Below are positions 23,050 to 35,600 of a stretch of 64,000 nucleotides of DNA, one piece after another. Position 1 is the stretch's first letter. Each line of letters begins with the position of its first letter. The notes beneath the pieces are model-generated. The model was not told the origin of the DNA, did no database searches, and worked only from the letters and a program-made list of their open reading frames with translations. Origin of the DNA: Isurus oxyrinchus (Eukaryota); the NCBI GenBank assembly GCA_026770705.1, contig JANJGN010000323.1, forward strand, positions 62,001 through 126,000. The letters run 5' to 3'. The position numbers and the translations under genes are program-made.

Positions 23050-25250
23050 ATGAGAGGAGGACATTCAGCAGCTCAAGCCTGTTACACAGGAACAGGAGGA
23101 GGCCCATTCAGCCCCCTCGAGCCTGTTACACAGGAACAGGAGGAGGCCCATTCAGCCCCTCAAGCCTGTTACACAGGAACAGGAGGAGGCCCATTCAGCC
23201 CCCTCGAGCCTGTTACACAGGAACAGGAGGAGGCCCATTCAGCCCCTCAAGCCTGTTACACAGGAACAGGAGGAGGCCCATTCAGCCCCTCAAGCCTGTT
23301 ACACAGGAACAGGAGGAGGTCCATTCAGCCCCTCGAGCCTGTTACACAGGAACAGGAGGAGGCCCATTCAGGCCCTCGAGCTTGTTACACAGGAACAGGA
23401 GGAGGCCCATTCAGCCCCTCGAGCCTGTTGCACAGGAACAGGAGGAGGCCCATTCAGCCACTCAATCCTGTTACATGAGGACAGGAGAAGGCCCATCAGC
23501 CTCATGAGCCTATTACACAGGAACGGGAAGAGGACATTCAGTCCCTCAACACCCTTCCACAGGAACAGGAGAGACTCTCAGCCCCTCGAGCCTGTTACAC
23601 AGGAAAAGGAGGAGTCCTATTCAGCCCCATAGAGCCTGTAACACAGGAACAGGAGGAGGCCATTCAGTCACCTGAGCCTGTTACCCAGGATCAGGAAGAG
23701 CACATTCAGTCTCTCAACCCTCTTACACAGGAATAGGAAACCTATTCAGTCCCTCGTGCCTGTTTTACAGGATCAAGAGGAGGCCCATTCTGTCCCCTCG
23801 AGCCTGTTACACAGGAACAGGAGGAGGCCCATTCAGCCCCCTCGAGCCTGTTACACAGGAACAGGAGGAGGCCCATTCTGTCCCCTTGAGCCTGTTACAC
23901 AGGAAGAGGAGGCCCATTCAGCCTCCACAAGCTTGTTACACAGGAACATTAGGGGCTTCATTCAGCCACTCAAGCCTGTTCCACATGAACGGGAACAAAA
24001 ACAAAAATAGCTGGAAAAACTCAGCAGGTCTGACAGGATCTGCGGAGAGGAACACACTTGACGTTTTGGGTCTGTATGACTCTTCATCAGAACTAAAGGA
24101 ATCGAGAAATGAGGTGACGTTTTAGCTGGTAGAGGGGGGTGGGACAGGTAGAGCTGGATTGTGGGCCAGTGATAGGTGGAGGTAAAGAAGAGGTTGCCAA
24201 AGATGTGATAGACAAAAGGACAAAGGGGTGTTGATGGTGGTGATATTATCTGAGGAATGTGCTAATGGGGACATTAAGGGTAGAAAGCAGGACGAGCAAG
24301 AGACAGATAGTCCTAGTGGGGGTGGGGTGGGGGGAAAGGATTGAAATAGGCTAAAAGGTAGAGATACAACAACAGATGTAAAACATTTAAAAATAATGGA
24401 AATAGGTGGGAAAAGAAAAATATATGAATAAGAAAAATATTAAAAATGATAAATTATTGGAAAAAGGGAGATTGGAAAGGGGGTGGGGATGGAGGAGAGA
24501 GTTCATGATCTGAAAGTGTTGAACTCAATATTCAGTCCGGAAGGCTGTAAAGTGCCTAGTCGGAAGATGAGGTGTTGTTCCTCCAGTTTGCGTTGGGCTT
24601 CACTGGAACAATGCAGCAGGCCAAGGACGGACATGTGGGCATGAGAGCAGGGTGGGGTGTTAAAATGGCAAGCGACAGGGAGGTCTGGGTCATGCTTGTG
24701 GACAGACCGAAGGTGTTCATGAGAGCGATCACCCAGTCTGTGTTTGGTCTGTCCCATGTAGAGGAGACCACATTGGGAGCAGTGAAGGCAGTAGATTAAA
24801 TTGAGGGAAGTGCAAGTGAAATGCTGCTTCCAATGATGCTCCTAATGTACTCGAGCCTGGTACACAGGAACTGGGGAAGGCCAATTCAGCCCCTTTAGCC
24901 TTTTACACAGGAACAGGAGGAGGCCCACTCAGCCCCTCGAGCCTATAACACAGGAACAGGAGGAGGCCCACTCAGCCCCTCGAGCCTATAACACAGGAAC
25001 AGGAGGAGGCCCACTCAGCCCCATGAGCCTGGTACACACTGAGAGAAGGAGGCCATTCAGCCCACCTGAGCCTGTTGCACAGGAAAAGGAGACCCATTCA
25101 GTCCCTTGAGCCTATAACACAGGAACAGGAGGAGACCCATTCAGCCCTCTCAAGCCTGTTACACAGGAACAGGAGGAGGCCCGTTCAGCCCCTCGAGCCT
25201 GTTACTCAGGAACAGGAAGAGGCCCATTCAGTCCCTCGAGCTTGTTGCAT
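23050..25250. repeat. About 42-bp minisatellite CCTGTTACACAGGAACAGGAGGAGGCCCATTCAGCCCCTCGAG, split by a Penelope insertion
   Basis: Visible directly; the unit resembles a LINE/SINE 3' segment. Confidence 0.9.
23995..24830 (-). mobile_element. Penelope-like 3' fragment inserted into the 42-bp minisatellite
   Basis: GIY-YIG C-terminal peptide TKHRLGDRSHEHL...LEEQHLIFRLGTLQPSGLNIEF. Confidence 0.75.
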
Positions 25251-25351
25251 GTGAACAGTCGATGGCCCTTCAACCACATTCTTGGCACGCAAAGGGTTAA
25301 CTGTTTTCTAACTGTGCGAGGCAAAGAGCTGCTTTCTCACTTGGTACCAAG

Positions 25352-25491
25352 CACTTCCTCATTTTGACTCACAGAGACACATCCACCTTTCTAATTAAAT
25401 ACACAGAGGGAGCAGCACAGGAAGAGGTCATTCAGGCCAAGCAGAGCGTGTAGGCAGTTCCTCCCCAGGCGAGCAGTCGGACAGGTCCTGG
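25352..25491 (+). promoter_or_regulatory. Extra upstream copy of promoter/exon 1 for gene B
   Basis: CACTTCCTCATTTTGACTCA (ETS site next to AP-1 TGACTCA), followed by CCTGG|GTAAGT. Confidence 0.5.
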
Positions 25492-25569
25492 GTAAGTAAC
25501 AGAACGATTGGAAATCACGGGGGGAGTTCTGAGGGCTCCTAATCCATTGTCCTGTCTTGTAAATCAGCA

Positions 25570-25782
25570 CCTTAATACTGACCCTTCAACAGTGCGGCAC
25601 TCCCTCAGTACTGATCCTCCAACATTGCAGCACTCCCTGATTAATGTCCCCCTGACAGTGCAGCACTCCCTCAGTACTGACCCTCAAACAGTGGAGATCT
25701 CCCTCAGTACTGACCTTACAATAGTGCAACACTCGCTCAGTAATGACCATCCGACAGTGCAGCACTTGCTCAGTACTGACAC
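25570..25782. repeat. 33-bp minisatellite
   Basis: CAGTGCAGCACTCCCTCAGTACTGACCC units. Confidence 0.85.
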
Positions 25783-26010
25783 TGGGGAGTTTCAGTCTAC
25801 TCTGTGGGGCAGATGTCCCCTGAATGGGGTCTTGAATCCCACAACATTCTGACCCCCTGAATTTGGCTGTGAAACCCACTGACCCACAGGAGAAACTCCT
25901 GGTCAATGACTGTCCACCTGTGAGCAGAAATATCACCACAGGGTCAGGACACAAAGGGTTAACAGTTCACCAACATCTCAAAACATGAGCTGCTCTGTCA
26001 CTTTGATCCA

Positions 26011-26150
26011 ACTTCCTCATTTTGTCTCACAGAGACACATCAATCCTTTCTAATTAAACACACAGAGGGAGCAGCACAGGAAGAGGTCATTCAGCCCAAA
26101 CAGAGCGTGTGGGCAGTTCCTCCCCAGGCGAGCAGTCGGACAGGTCCTGG
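26011..26150 (+). promoter_or_regulatory. Putative promoter and non-coding exon 1 of gene B
   Basis: ACTTCCTCATTTT followed by CCTGG|GTAAGT; the signal-exon acceptor ends at 26560. Confidence 0.55.
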
Positions 26151-26600
26151 GTAAGTAACGGAACGATTGGAATTCACTTCCACCACCAACACCGTCCTTT
26201 GTTGATGTTGTGACTTTATAAAGACAGATTCCAATGATTGATGCCTTTGAAAGATTTCTACTGATTATTGAGATCTGGGTGTGAGGCTCAAGTCTGTTGT
26301 ACAGAACATCTTTCTAGCTCAAGGGATGAGGGAACTGCAGAGACATGAGCTTTGGGACGTCCTGAGATAGTGAAAGATGCTATAGAAATGCAAATCAATC
26401 ATTGTTTGTCTTACTTAAAGCCTTGTAACTCTCTGCAGAGCACCTATCATCCCACAGAGAATCAAATTAGTCTGTGAAGACATTGTCTAAAAGCAGTTCT
26501 GATCTCTCGAGAGCTGTCGGACAAGAGGTGAGGTCTCATTAACTCCTTTCTCTTTCACAGCTTGAGAGTGAGAAGTGGATGGAATATCTGGGAGTGGACA

Positions 26601-26640
26601 ATGATCGGGAAATCTTACTTCCTCCTGTCACTTCTCCAAG
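26601..26640 (+). CDS. Gene B signal peptide exon
   Basis: ATGATCGGG...CCAAG|GTAA. Confidence 0.85.
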
Positions 26641-29600
26641 GTAATATCATCATCAGCTCGGACAGATTTATGTTTAACAGTCTTTGTAAAAGATCATTCT
26701 TATCTCTTTATCTCTGTAACCTCCTGCAACTCACCCAAACAACTTCCCAGATCTCTGTGTTACTCCAATTCCGGCCTCTTGACCATCCCCCGATTCCCAT
26801 CACTCCAATACTGGCGGCCGGGCCTTCAGCTGCCTGGGGCCTGAGCTCTGGAATTCACTCCCTAAACCTCGGGATGTAGGAGATCAGAGGGTTTCATTTT
26901 ACTGAGAATCACCACGACCACATCACAGCTGCAGTGAGAATAGACAGAGAGTCCAGCCCTCACTCTTCCTGCACAGTTTCACCATAGCAACCACAATATG
27001 GAAATTTAAAAATACTGAAAGTTAAACTGAAGCTCAAACCAGTCAGTGTAGAGAGATGAGATGTTTACACAGTTTCCCTATGTATCTTGTAGACACTGTG
27101 TTGGGTGGAAGACTGGCTTCACTAAACAGGGTCCTGAGGACCATGAGCCAATGTAGAATGAACTTGTCCACTCCTATGTCCAGGATTCTCTTCCCTCCAT
27201 TGTGAAACCTTGGGGAATTCCATGTGTGTCCTGTAGATGGTCCACACTGCAGCCACTGTGCCCCAGTGATGGAGGGGGTGGATATCGAGTCTAGTGGATC
27301 TACAAACCATCCAGAGTTAAATATTGATATTTCTCTCCCCAGTTGGACTGTCACAAGAGTGGAAAGGTGACACTCCACGAGAGGTGACAGCGCAGGAAGG
27401 TTCCTGTGCACAGATTCCATGTCATTACAGTTACTTATCAAATTTCGTAGGGAGATCACGTGTCGGAATCTGGTTGAAAGGAATAGATGGGAACCCACAG
27501 CCGAAATGGTCTATAGCCTTTCACTCCGAGGGTCACAGTCACAGGGATCAAAGATTCCACCATCGGACCCGGCTGTCTGGAGACCTGAAAGATGGCGACT
27601 GTTCCCTGATTATAAACAACATCAGACGGGAAGATGCAGGACCTTATTTTTTCAGAATAGAATTTGACAATGGCCGAGCCATAACTATTACCCTGTAACC
27701 CAGCTTCACGTTTCTGGTAAGTGCTGTGTTATAATTACTCAACAATTCACATTCAACACTCAATGGGAAATAACACAAACTGTGACATTTACATATTAAC
27801 ACAAAACACAGCTTATTATAACACACTGTCTGATTCTCAATAACCTGGTGATAGCTTCCGGTTCAGTCCTAAAGCAACCTCTAATACTCACTTTAATATC
27901 AATGATTAAAAGCATTAACTGTATTATCAGGTTACCACTCCCATCAATCTCTCCTGTCCCGTTTAAAAGTCTGACGTATCGATAAAAGAATGATGTGCAT
28001 TTCTGCAGCGCAATTTACCACCTCAGGAGGATCCAAATCCCTTCACAGCCAATGAAATTATTCCTGAATTGTAGTCACAGATGTTAAACACAGCAGGCAG
28101 TTTGTGCACAGCAAGATCCAACAAACCACAAGGTGATAAATCACCCAGATCACTGAGGAAATGAGAAGCCAGTGAACTCAAACCTCTGGTCTGATGAAGA
28201 GTCATACGGACTCGAAATGTTAACCCTGTCTTCCTCTCCACTGATATTATTCTTATTCTTTCCATCAGCACAAACAGCAATTTCCAAGCGGACTCCCATC
28301 AGCAGACAGTGTGCAATGAAACATCGGCATGCCTGCTTCTTAATGTACGGAGAGAAACCTGGAACGAGAGATTCTCCTTCTTCTCCTCAGCAAGCTGAAA
28401 CTTTTCCTTATACCTGGTGCTCCCCAGTCCTGCTGTGTGGACACATCATAACCACGGCATTGTCTGGCTGTGTGCAGCCAACATGGTCGAATAGGAATGA
28501 ACAGAAATGGGACGTTGCTAAACTCTGTTCTCTGATTGGAATGTGCTTTCTGAATGCTGCACCTTTTTCATGCTGCGATAGATTGTAAGAAGCATTTGGG
28601 TTATGAATAAAATTACATTGATTAACTCAAGTGATTAAAATGCTCAGCCTGTTCTGTAAATATTTATAGATTAAAATTCTGGTTTTGCTGCAAAATTCTT
28701 GGCTCAAAGACATAGCTGCCTGTTGTCACGTTTTCCAATCAGATGAATTCCTGTGACCATCTTTGTAATAGAAATTTCCAAAGTAAACATGTCACATTGT
28801 AGCTGCACACACTTGCCAGTGGGTGGTGGAATATGAAGGCTGCCTTGCTGCTCAGAAACAGTGAGAAATATTCCTGTTGAATGCGTGAACTTCATGTGTG
28901 CATGAGACACAGGCATCAGATGCAATTTTGTTCAATTGTACAATATTCTTTGGACAGCGCAGCACTGCCTCATTTCAGACCCTCCGACAGTGCCGCAATC
29001 CCTTAGTACTGACCCTCTGATAGTGCAGCACTCCCTCAGTTCAGACCCTCTGACTTTGCAGCACTCCCTCAGTTCAGACCCTCCAACAGTGCAGCACTCC
29101 CTCAGTACTGACCCTCTGACAGTGCAGCACTCCCTCAGTTCAGACCCTCCAACAGTGCAGCACTCCCTCAGTACTGACCCTCCGACAGTGCAGCACTCCC
29201 TTAGTACTGACCCTCCAACAGTGCAGCACTCCCTTAGTACTGACCCTCCGACAGTGCAGCACTCCCTCAGTGCTGACCCACCAACAGAGCAGCACTCCCT
29301 CAGTACTGACCGGCCGACAGTGCAGCACTCCCTCAGTATGACCCACCAACAGTGAAGCGCTCCATCAGTACTGACCCTGTGACACTGCAGCAGTCCCTCA
29401 GTGCTGACCCTCCAATAAAGCAGCACTCCCTCGCTCCTTATCTTCCAACAGTGTAGCACACCCTAAGTACTGACCCTCCGACATTGCAGCACTTGCTCAG
29501 TATTTATCCTCCGACAGCAGATTTAAATATCAACCCTCGGAGCCAGGGTAGAAATTTGAAGTTACCAAACAGCAAACAACAAAAGAGAAACAACACATAG

Positions 29601-32600
29601 TCATGATGAAATGGCCAACAGTTTGATTCTGTTGTAACACATTGTGTAATTACGCACTCGTTCCTACTGCCTTTCATCATGCCTTTCAGCACCTCTGTAC
29701 GTTGCAAATGGATTCACAACCAATGAAATAATTCTTGAAATGTAGCCCTTGTTGTAATATGGGACACACAGCTGAACCCTCACAAGAGTGGAAAGGTGAC
29801 ACTCCACGAGAGGTGACAGCGCAGGAAGGTTCCTGTGTACAGATTCCTTGTCATTACAGTTATCCATCGTGTCTGGAAAACCAACCGCGAGGTGGAGTCT
29901 GGTTTAATAATGAGGAACAGATTCCCTGGGCTCCCATTGCCTTTCACTCCAAGGATCACAGTCACGAGTTACCACGGTTCCACCATCGGACCCGGCTGTC
30001 TGGAGACCTGAAAGATGGTGACTGTTCCCTGATTATAAACAACATCAGACAGGAAGATGCAGGACCTTATTTTTTCAGAATAGAATTTGACAATGGTCCG
30101 AGCCATAACTATTACCCTGTAACCCAGCTTCACGTTTCTGGTAAGTGCTGTGTTATAATTACTCAACAATTTCCATTCAACACTCAATGGGAAATAACAC
30201 AAACTGTGACGTTTACATATTAACACAAAACACAGCATATTATAACACACTGTCTGATTCTCAATAACCTGCTAATAGCTTCCAGTTCAGTCCTAAAACA
30301 ACCTCTAATACTCACTTTAATATCAATGATTAAATGTATTGACTGTGTCCATCAATGTTTTCGGGATATCCACTCCCATCGATCTCCCTAACCCTGTTTG
30401 ACAGTCTTACATATCGACAAAAGAAAGATTCGCATTTCTATAGCGCCTTTCAGCACCTCTGTACGTTGCAAATGGATTCACAACCAATGAAATAATTCTT
30501 GAAATGTAGCCCTTGTTGTAATATGGGACACACAGCAGCCAATTTATTCACAGGATACTCCCAGAAACAGCAATGTGATCAATAACCTGATCATCTGCTT
30601 TAGATGCCGGTTCAGTGATTGGTTCAAATGGATTCTCTCCTGCTGGGGACAGGATAGAATTTAAATCTGGCAGATTTCAGAGAAAGTAACAAGCCAGTGT
30701 GTCAGGAACTGTGAGCTGCTCCCCCACCCTCACCTGGGATTGTCAATTCAATTGTTTCAAAGTGGAAGTGAATTCATCTGAGTGACAGAAACTCCCCTAA
30801 GTCTGAAAATAGGAAATTCTCTCCTGATCGTTGTAATCTCTCAGTTCTGATATCATCCTTGTAAAAGTGCTTTCTCTTGTGGGACTGTGATTTCTATTTG
30901 AACTGATGCTTCACGTTATATTTCTCTAAAAGGATCCATTCTCTGTCTGTTAGATTTCACAGATAAACCCACGATATTCCCTGCTGAAATTATTGCAGGA
31001 AAGCGTGTGGATGTAAGCTGCACCTTCAACACAACGTGCAATGGAACAGCAGCACCTGTCTTAACCTGGGACACTCCCACTGACGTACCTGGATCAGTCT
31101 CAAACACTGTAACTCAGCATGGTGTCACTCTGACCTATACTTCTGTTCTGACCCTGATCCCATCACTCAAACACCACGGACACACTCTCAGCTGCAGAGT
31201 GAGATATCCATCTGTTTCATCGGAGCGGACCCTCGTACTAACTGTGCAAGGTAAGTACTGACACCCTTGATTCTATATTAGCGGTAATAGGATATAATGT
31301 GCAGAGCAAGATCCCACAAACACCACTTGGTTGAAGACAAAACTGGTCCTTCTTTAATGAGTGATATTGACCAGGGAGAGCTGTTCCTTGTATTGACCCT
31401 TGGGATTGTTTATCCCAACCTGATAGGGCAGAGGGGGCCCAGGTTGTGACTATCAGAGTGTGGCAGAGAATGAACATGGAGCAGTGGAGGGGTTCATAAC
31501 CATCACTGTGGAATGTGAGTGTGGAGATACATTTGTTTGTTTGTTGTCTCCGTGGTCTCCGTGGAGCCATTGGGATCGTGTTGTTTTTAATCCAGTTTTC
31601 TTCAATCCTCGCTCAGTCCACGTTATCCACACACCCAATTTTTCCTCTCCCTTTCTGTTTTTGCTCTCAGTTTCTCCTTCAATGGTTGTCAGGACAAGGC
31701 TGTCAGGTCTTCGTTTCCAATCTCCATACTTGATGAACTTTCTCTCTCTAACTGTCCTGAACAACCCTTTTAATTGCTGAACGTCTCCTCTTGATCTAAG
31801 CCACTCATTGGTCTTTCTGTCCATCCAGCTGATTCTGAGCATCTGGCAGCATCTGTGGAGAGAAAGACAGGGTTAGCGTTTGGAGTCCGTAAGACTCCTC
31901 TTCAGAGCTAAAGGGAAGTAGACATGTGGTGAAATATATCCTGTCTAAGGGGGGGCGATGGGACAGGTGGAGCTGGATAGAAAACCAGCGATAGGTGGAG
32001 GCAATGGAGAGATTGTGAAAAATGTCATAAACAAAAGGTCAAAGGGTTGTTAACAGTGGTGGTATTGGATAAAGGAGGTGCTAATGGTGACATTAAGCAG
32101 AGTGTGATAATGGGCGGACCAGGGTAAGCACTCTGGAAAGAGACAGATGGCCCTCGTGGGGGTGTGGCAGGGGGAGGGGACGGTGGAGGGAATAAAGATC
32201 GAAAATAGACTAAAATCTGCGGATAAAACAATCAATAAAAATGGAAATGAATTTCAAATAATAATAATAAAAATAAGTGGAAAACAGTTAACAAATAAAA
32301 CAATTAAAATGAATACATTAAAAAAGGGTTCAAAAAGCAGTGAAGATCGAGGAGAGAGTTCATGATCTGAAATTGTTGAATTCAATATTCAGTCGGGAAG
32401 GCTGTAAAGTGCCAGGTCGGAAGATGAGGTGCTGTTCCTCCAGTTTGTGTTGGGCTTCACTGGAACAATGCAGCAGGCCAAGGACGGACATGTGGGCATG
32501 AGAGCAGGGTGGGGTGTTAAAATGGCAAGCGACAGGGAGGTCTGGGTCGTTCTTGCAGACAGGGTGAAGGTGTTCATCAGAGCGATCACCCAGTCTGTGT

Positions 32601-35600
32601 TTGGTGTCTCCAATGTAGAGGAGACCACATTGGGAGCATTGAATGCAGTAGATTAAATTGAAGGAAGTCTGCATGAAGCGCTGCTTCACCTGGAAGGAGT
32701 GTTTGGGTCATTGGACAGTGAGGGGGGAGGAAGTAAAGGGGCAGGTGTTGCACCTTCTGTAAATACATGGGAAGATGTCATCGGAGAGGGTTGAGGTGCT
32801 AGGGGTGATGGAGGAGTGGACCAGGGTGTCCTGGAGGGAATGATCCCTGTGGAATGCCAACGGGGTGGGGGTGAAGGGAAGATGCTTTTGATGGTGGTCA
32901 GATTTTGTCCAAAGGAGGTGAGAAATGAGGGAGGGAATTCCAGAGGTTAGGATCCAGGCAGCTGAAGGCACGGCTGCCAATGGTGGAGCGATAGGAATCG
33001 GGGGAAGGTCAAGAGGCTGGAATTGGAGGTGCATCGAGATCTCGGAGGGTTGTAGAGGCTGGAGGAGTTTACAGAGATAAGGAAGGTTGTAGGGGCTGGA
33101 GGAGGTTACAGAGATAGGGAGGGTTGTAGGGGCTGGAGGAGGTTACAGAGATAGGGAGTGTTGTAGGGGCTGGATGAGGTTACAGAGATAGTGAGGGTTG
33201 AAGGGTCTGGAGGAGGTTACAGAGATAGGGAGGGTTGTAGAGGCTGGAGGAGTTTACAGAGATAGGGAGGGTTGTGGGGGCTGGAGGAGGTAACAGAGTT
33301 AGGGAGGGTTGTGGGGGCTGGAGGAGGTTACAGAGATAGAGAGGGTTGTGGGGGCTGGAGGAGGTTACATAGATAGGGAGGGGTGTAGGGATGGAAGGTG
33401 GTTGCGGAGTTAGCGAGTTTTATAGGGGCTGTAGGAGGTTACAGGGATAGGGACGGTTGTGGGGGTTGGAGGAGGTTACAGAGATAGGGAGGGTTATAGG
33501 TGCTGAAGGAGGTAACAGAGATAGGAAGGGTTATAGGGGCTGGAGGAGGTAACAGAGATAGGGAGGGGGTAAGGAGGGATTTGAAACGATGTGAATTTTA
33601 AAATTGTGGCATTGTCGGACCGGGAGCCAGTGTAGCTCAGTGACCAACAGGGAGTGATGTGTGAACAGGACTCGGTGTGAGTTAGGACATGGGGACAGCA
33701 GAGTTTAGGATGAGCTGATGTTTATGGAGAGTGGAAGATGGGAGGTCGGGCAGGAGAGTGTTGGGATAGTTGAGTGCAGAGGTAACAAAGGCAGGAATGA
33801 GTGTTTCAGTGTGAAGATTCTATCTTACGCTCTAACTTTGCTATGACGTTGTCTCATTGTTGTCCTTACCTCCTCAGATAAGCCGGAGATTTCCCAGCAG
33901 TCGGAGTGCACTCAGAGATCAGAGGGGGTCACCTGCGTCTGTGTGACCACCTCCAACCCACCGGGAGACCTCACCTGGCACCTGCCCAGTGCCAACATCA
34001 GTGGTAACCAAACACACGGAGATTTTGTGTCGTGGCAGGTCAGAGATGGGCATCTGGTGACTGGTTCCCTCACCCTGATGAGACCTCAGGATGAGGGGGG
34101 AGTGATTGCATCCTGCTCGGTTCAAAACCCACATGGGGAAGCCATGTTCAAGGTGTATCTGTGGGTCAAAGGTGAGAGACTCGCTCAGGATCGATCTCCA
34201 CTCAGCTGGATTGATCCCTAAACTCGAGAATTCCCTCCCTCAACCTCTCCACCTCTCTCTCTACCTCCTCTAAGATGCTGTGTACAACTTCCCCCTTTGA
34301 CCAAGCTTTGAATCACCTGACCTCATGTGACAATGGCAACACTTGGTCAAATTGGAGCCAGGCCGTTCAGGGGGTGATGTCAGGAAGCACTTCTTCACAC
34401 AAAGGGGAGTGGAAATCTGGAACCCTCTCCCCCAGATAAGCTGCTTCATTGGGTGCAAGACAGAAAGCTTTGACAAAATGTCCTTTCTCAGCAATACTCA
34501 GGTTCTCCTCCCAAACGACGAAATATTATATATAAACATTACATAGATTACATCGAGAAACATTATATATAAATATTACATAGATTACATCGAGAAATAT
34601 TATATAGAAATATTACATAGATTACATTGATAAATATTATATATAAATATTACATAGATTACATCGAGAAAAATTATATATAAATGTTACATATATTACA
34701 TTGCTAAATATTATACATTAATGTTATAGGGATCACATTGATAAATATATATAAATGTTAAATTGATTACATCGAAATGCAAGACTCGATAACCAATGAA
34801 GCAGTTTCGAAGTGAGCTCACTGTTGTCATGTAGGAAACGCAACAGTTGATTTGTACACAGCAAGATCCCACAAACAACAGCGTGAAATTGAGGTGATAA
34901 TTGATTATTTTAGTGAGGTTATTTGATACATATATATATAGAAATTACATATATAATGTGGGTCACTAATGACCCTTAAGGGAGGGAAACCTGTCCATTT
35001 TAACAGGTCTGGGTGTATATGTGACTCCAGTCTCAGACACCATCATGGTTAACTCTTACCTGCCCTCTGAACTGGTCTCCCAGTTTGGGACAAACCAGTG
35101 GTTCAGGAGGAAGACTCCCCACCAGCTTCTCAAGGGGAAACTAGGGATGGACAATAAATGTCAGCATTGCCCGAGAATGAGTATTTAAACATTGAGTGAG
35201 TGTATCGCTTCTCGAGATACATCGGAGCATCATTGTAAACCTGTAGTGCAGTAATTAATGGCTGTTTTTACAGGTAGAGACTCCAGTAAATGGACAGTAG
35301 GATTGTTCACGGCTGGGATCATGTTGAGTGTTTTCCTGGCTGGAATCTTCATCTTCATCTGTGTGAGAAAGTAAGTCTGAAGATTTAACTTGATTTTAAT
35401 ATAAACATTTGTTGAGGACTAATTGGACAGTTTTTACAAAGGGCCAGCACAGGCACGATGGGCTGAGTGGCTTCCTCCTGAGCTGTGAGATTTTAAATTC
35501 TTTAATCAAATGTGACTGTCACTGGTGAGGCCGTTATTAACTTGCCCATCTCTAATTGCCCCTTGAGAAGGTGGTGGTGAGCTGCCTTCTTGACCCGCTG

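Noticed and set aside
19622-25250. Long repetitive ORFs ([26 protein letters not shown])
   Set aside because: These are translations of 33-, 24- and 42-bp minisatellites, open in several frames on both strands.
35274-35370. Activating paired receptor (DAP12/FcR-gamma coupled)
   Set aside because: None of the three TM exons has a Lys or Arg inside the hydrophobic span.
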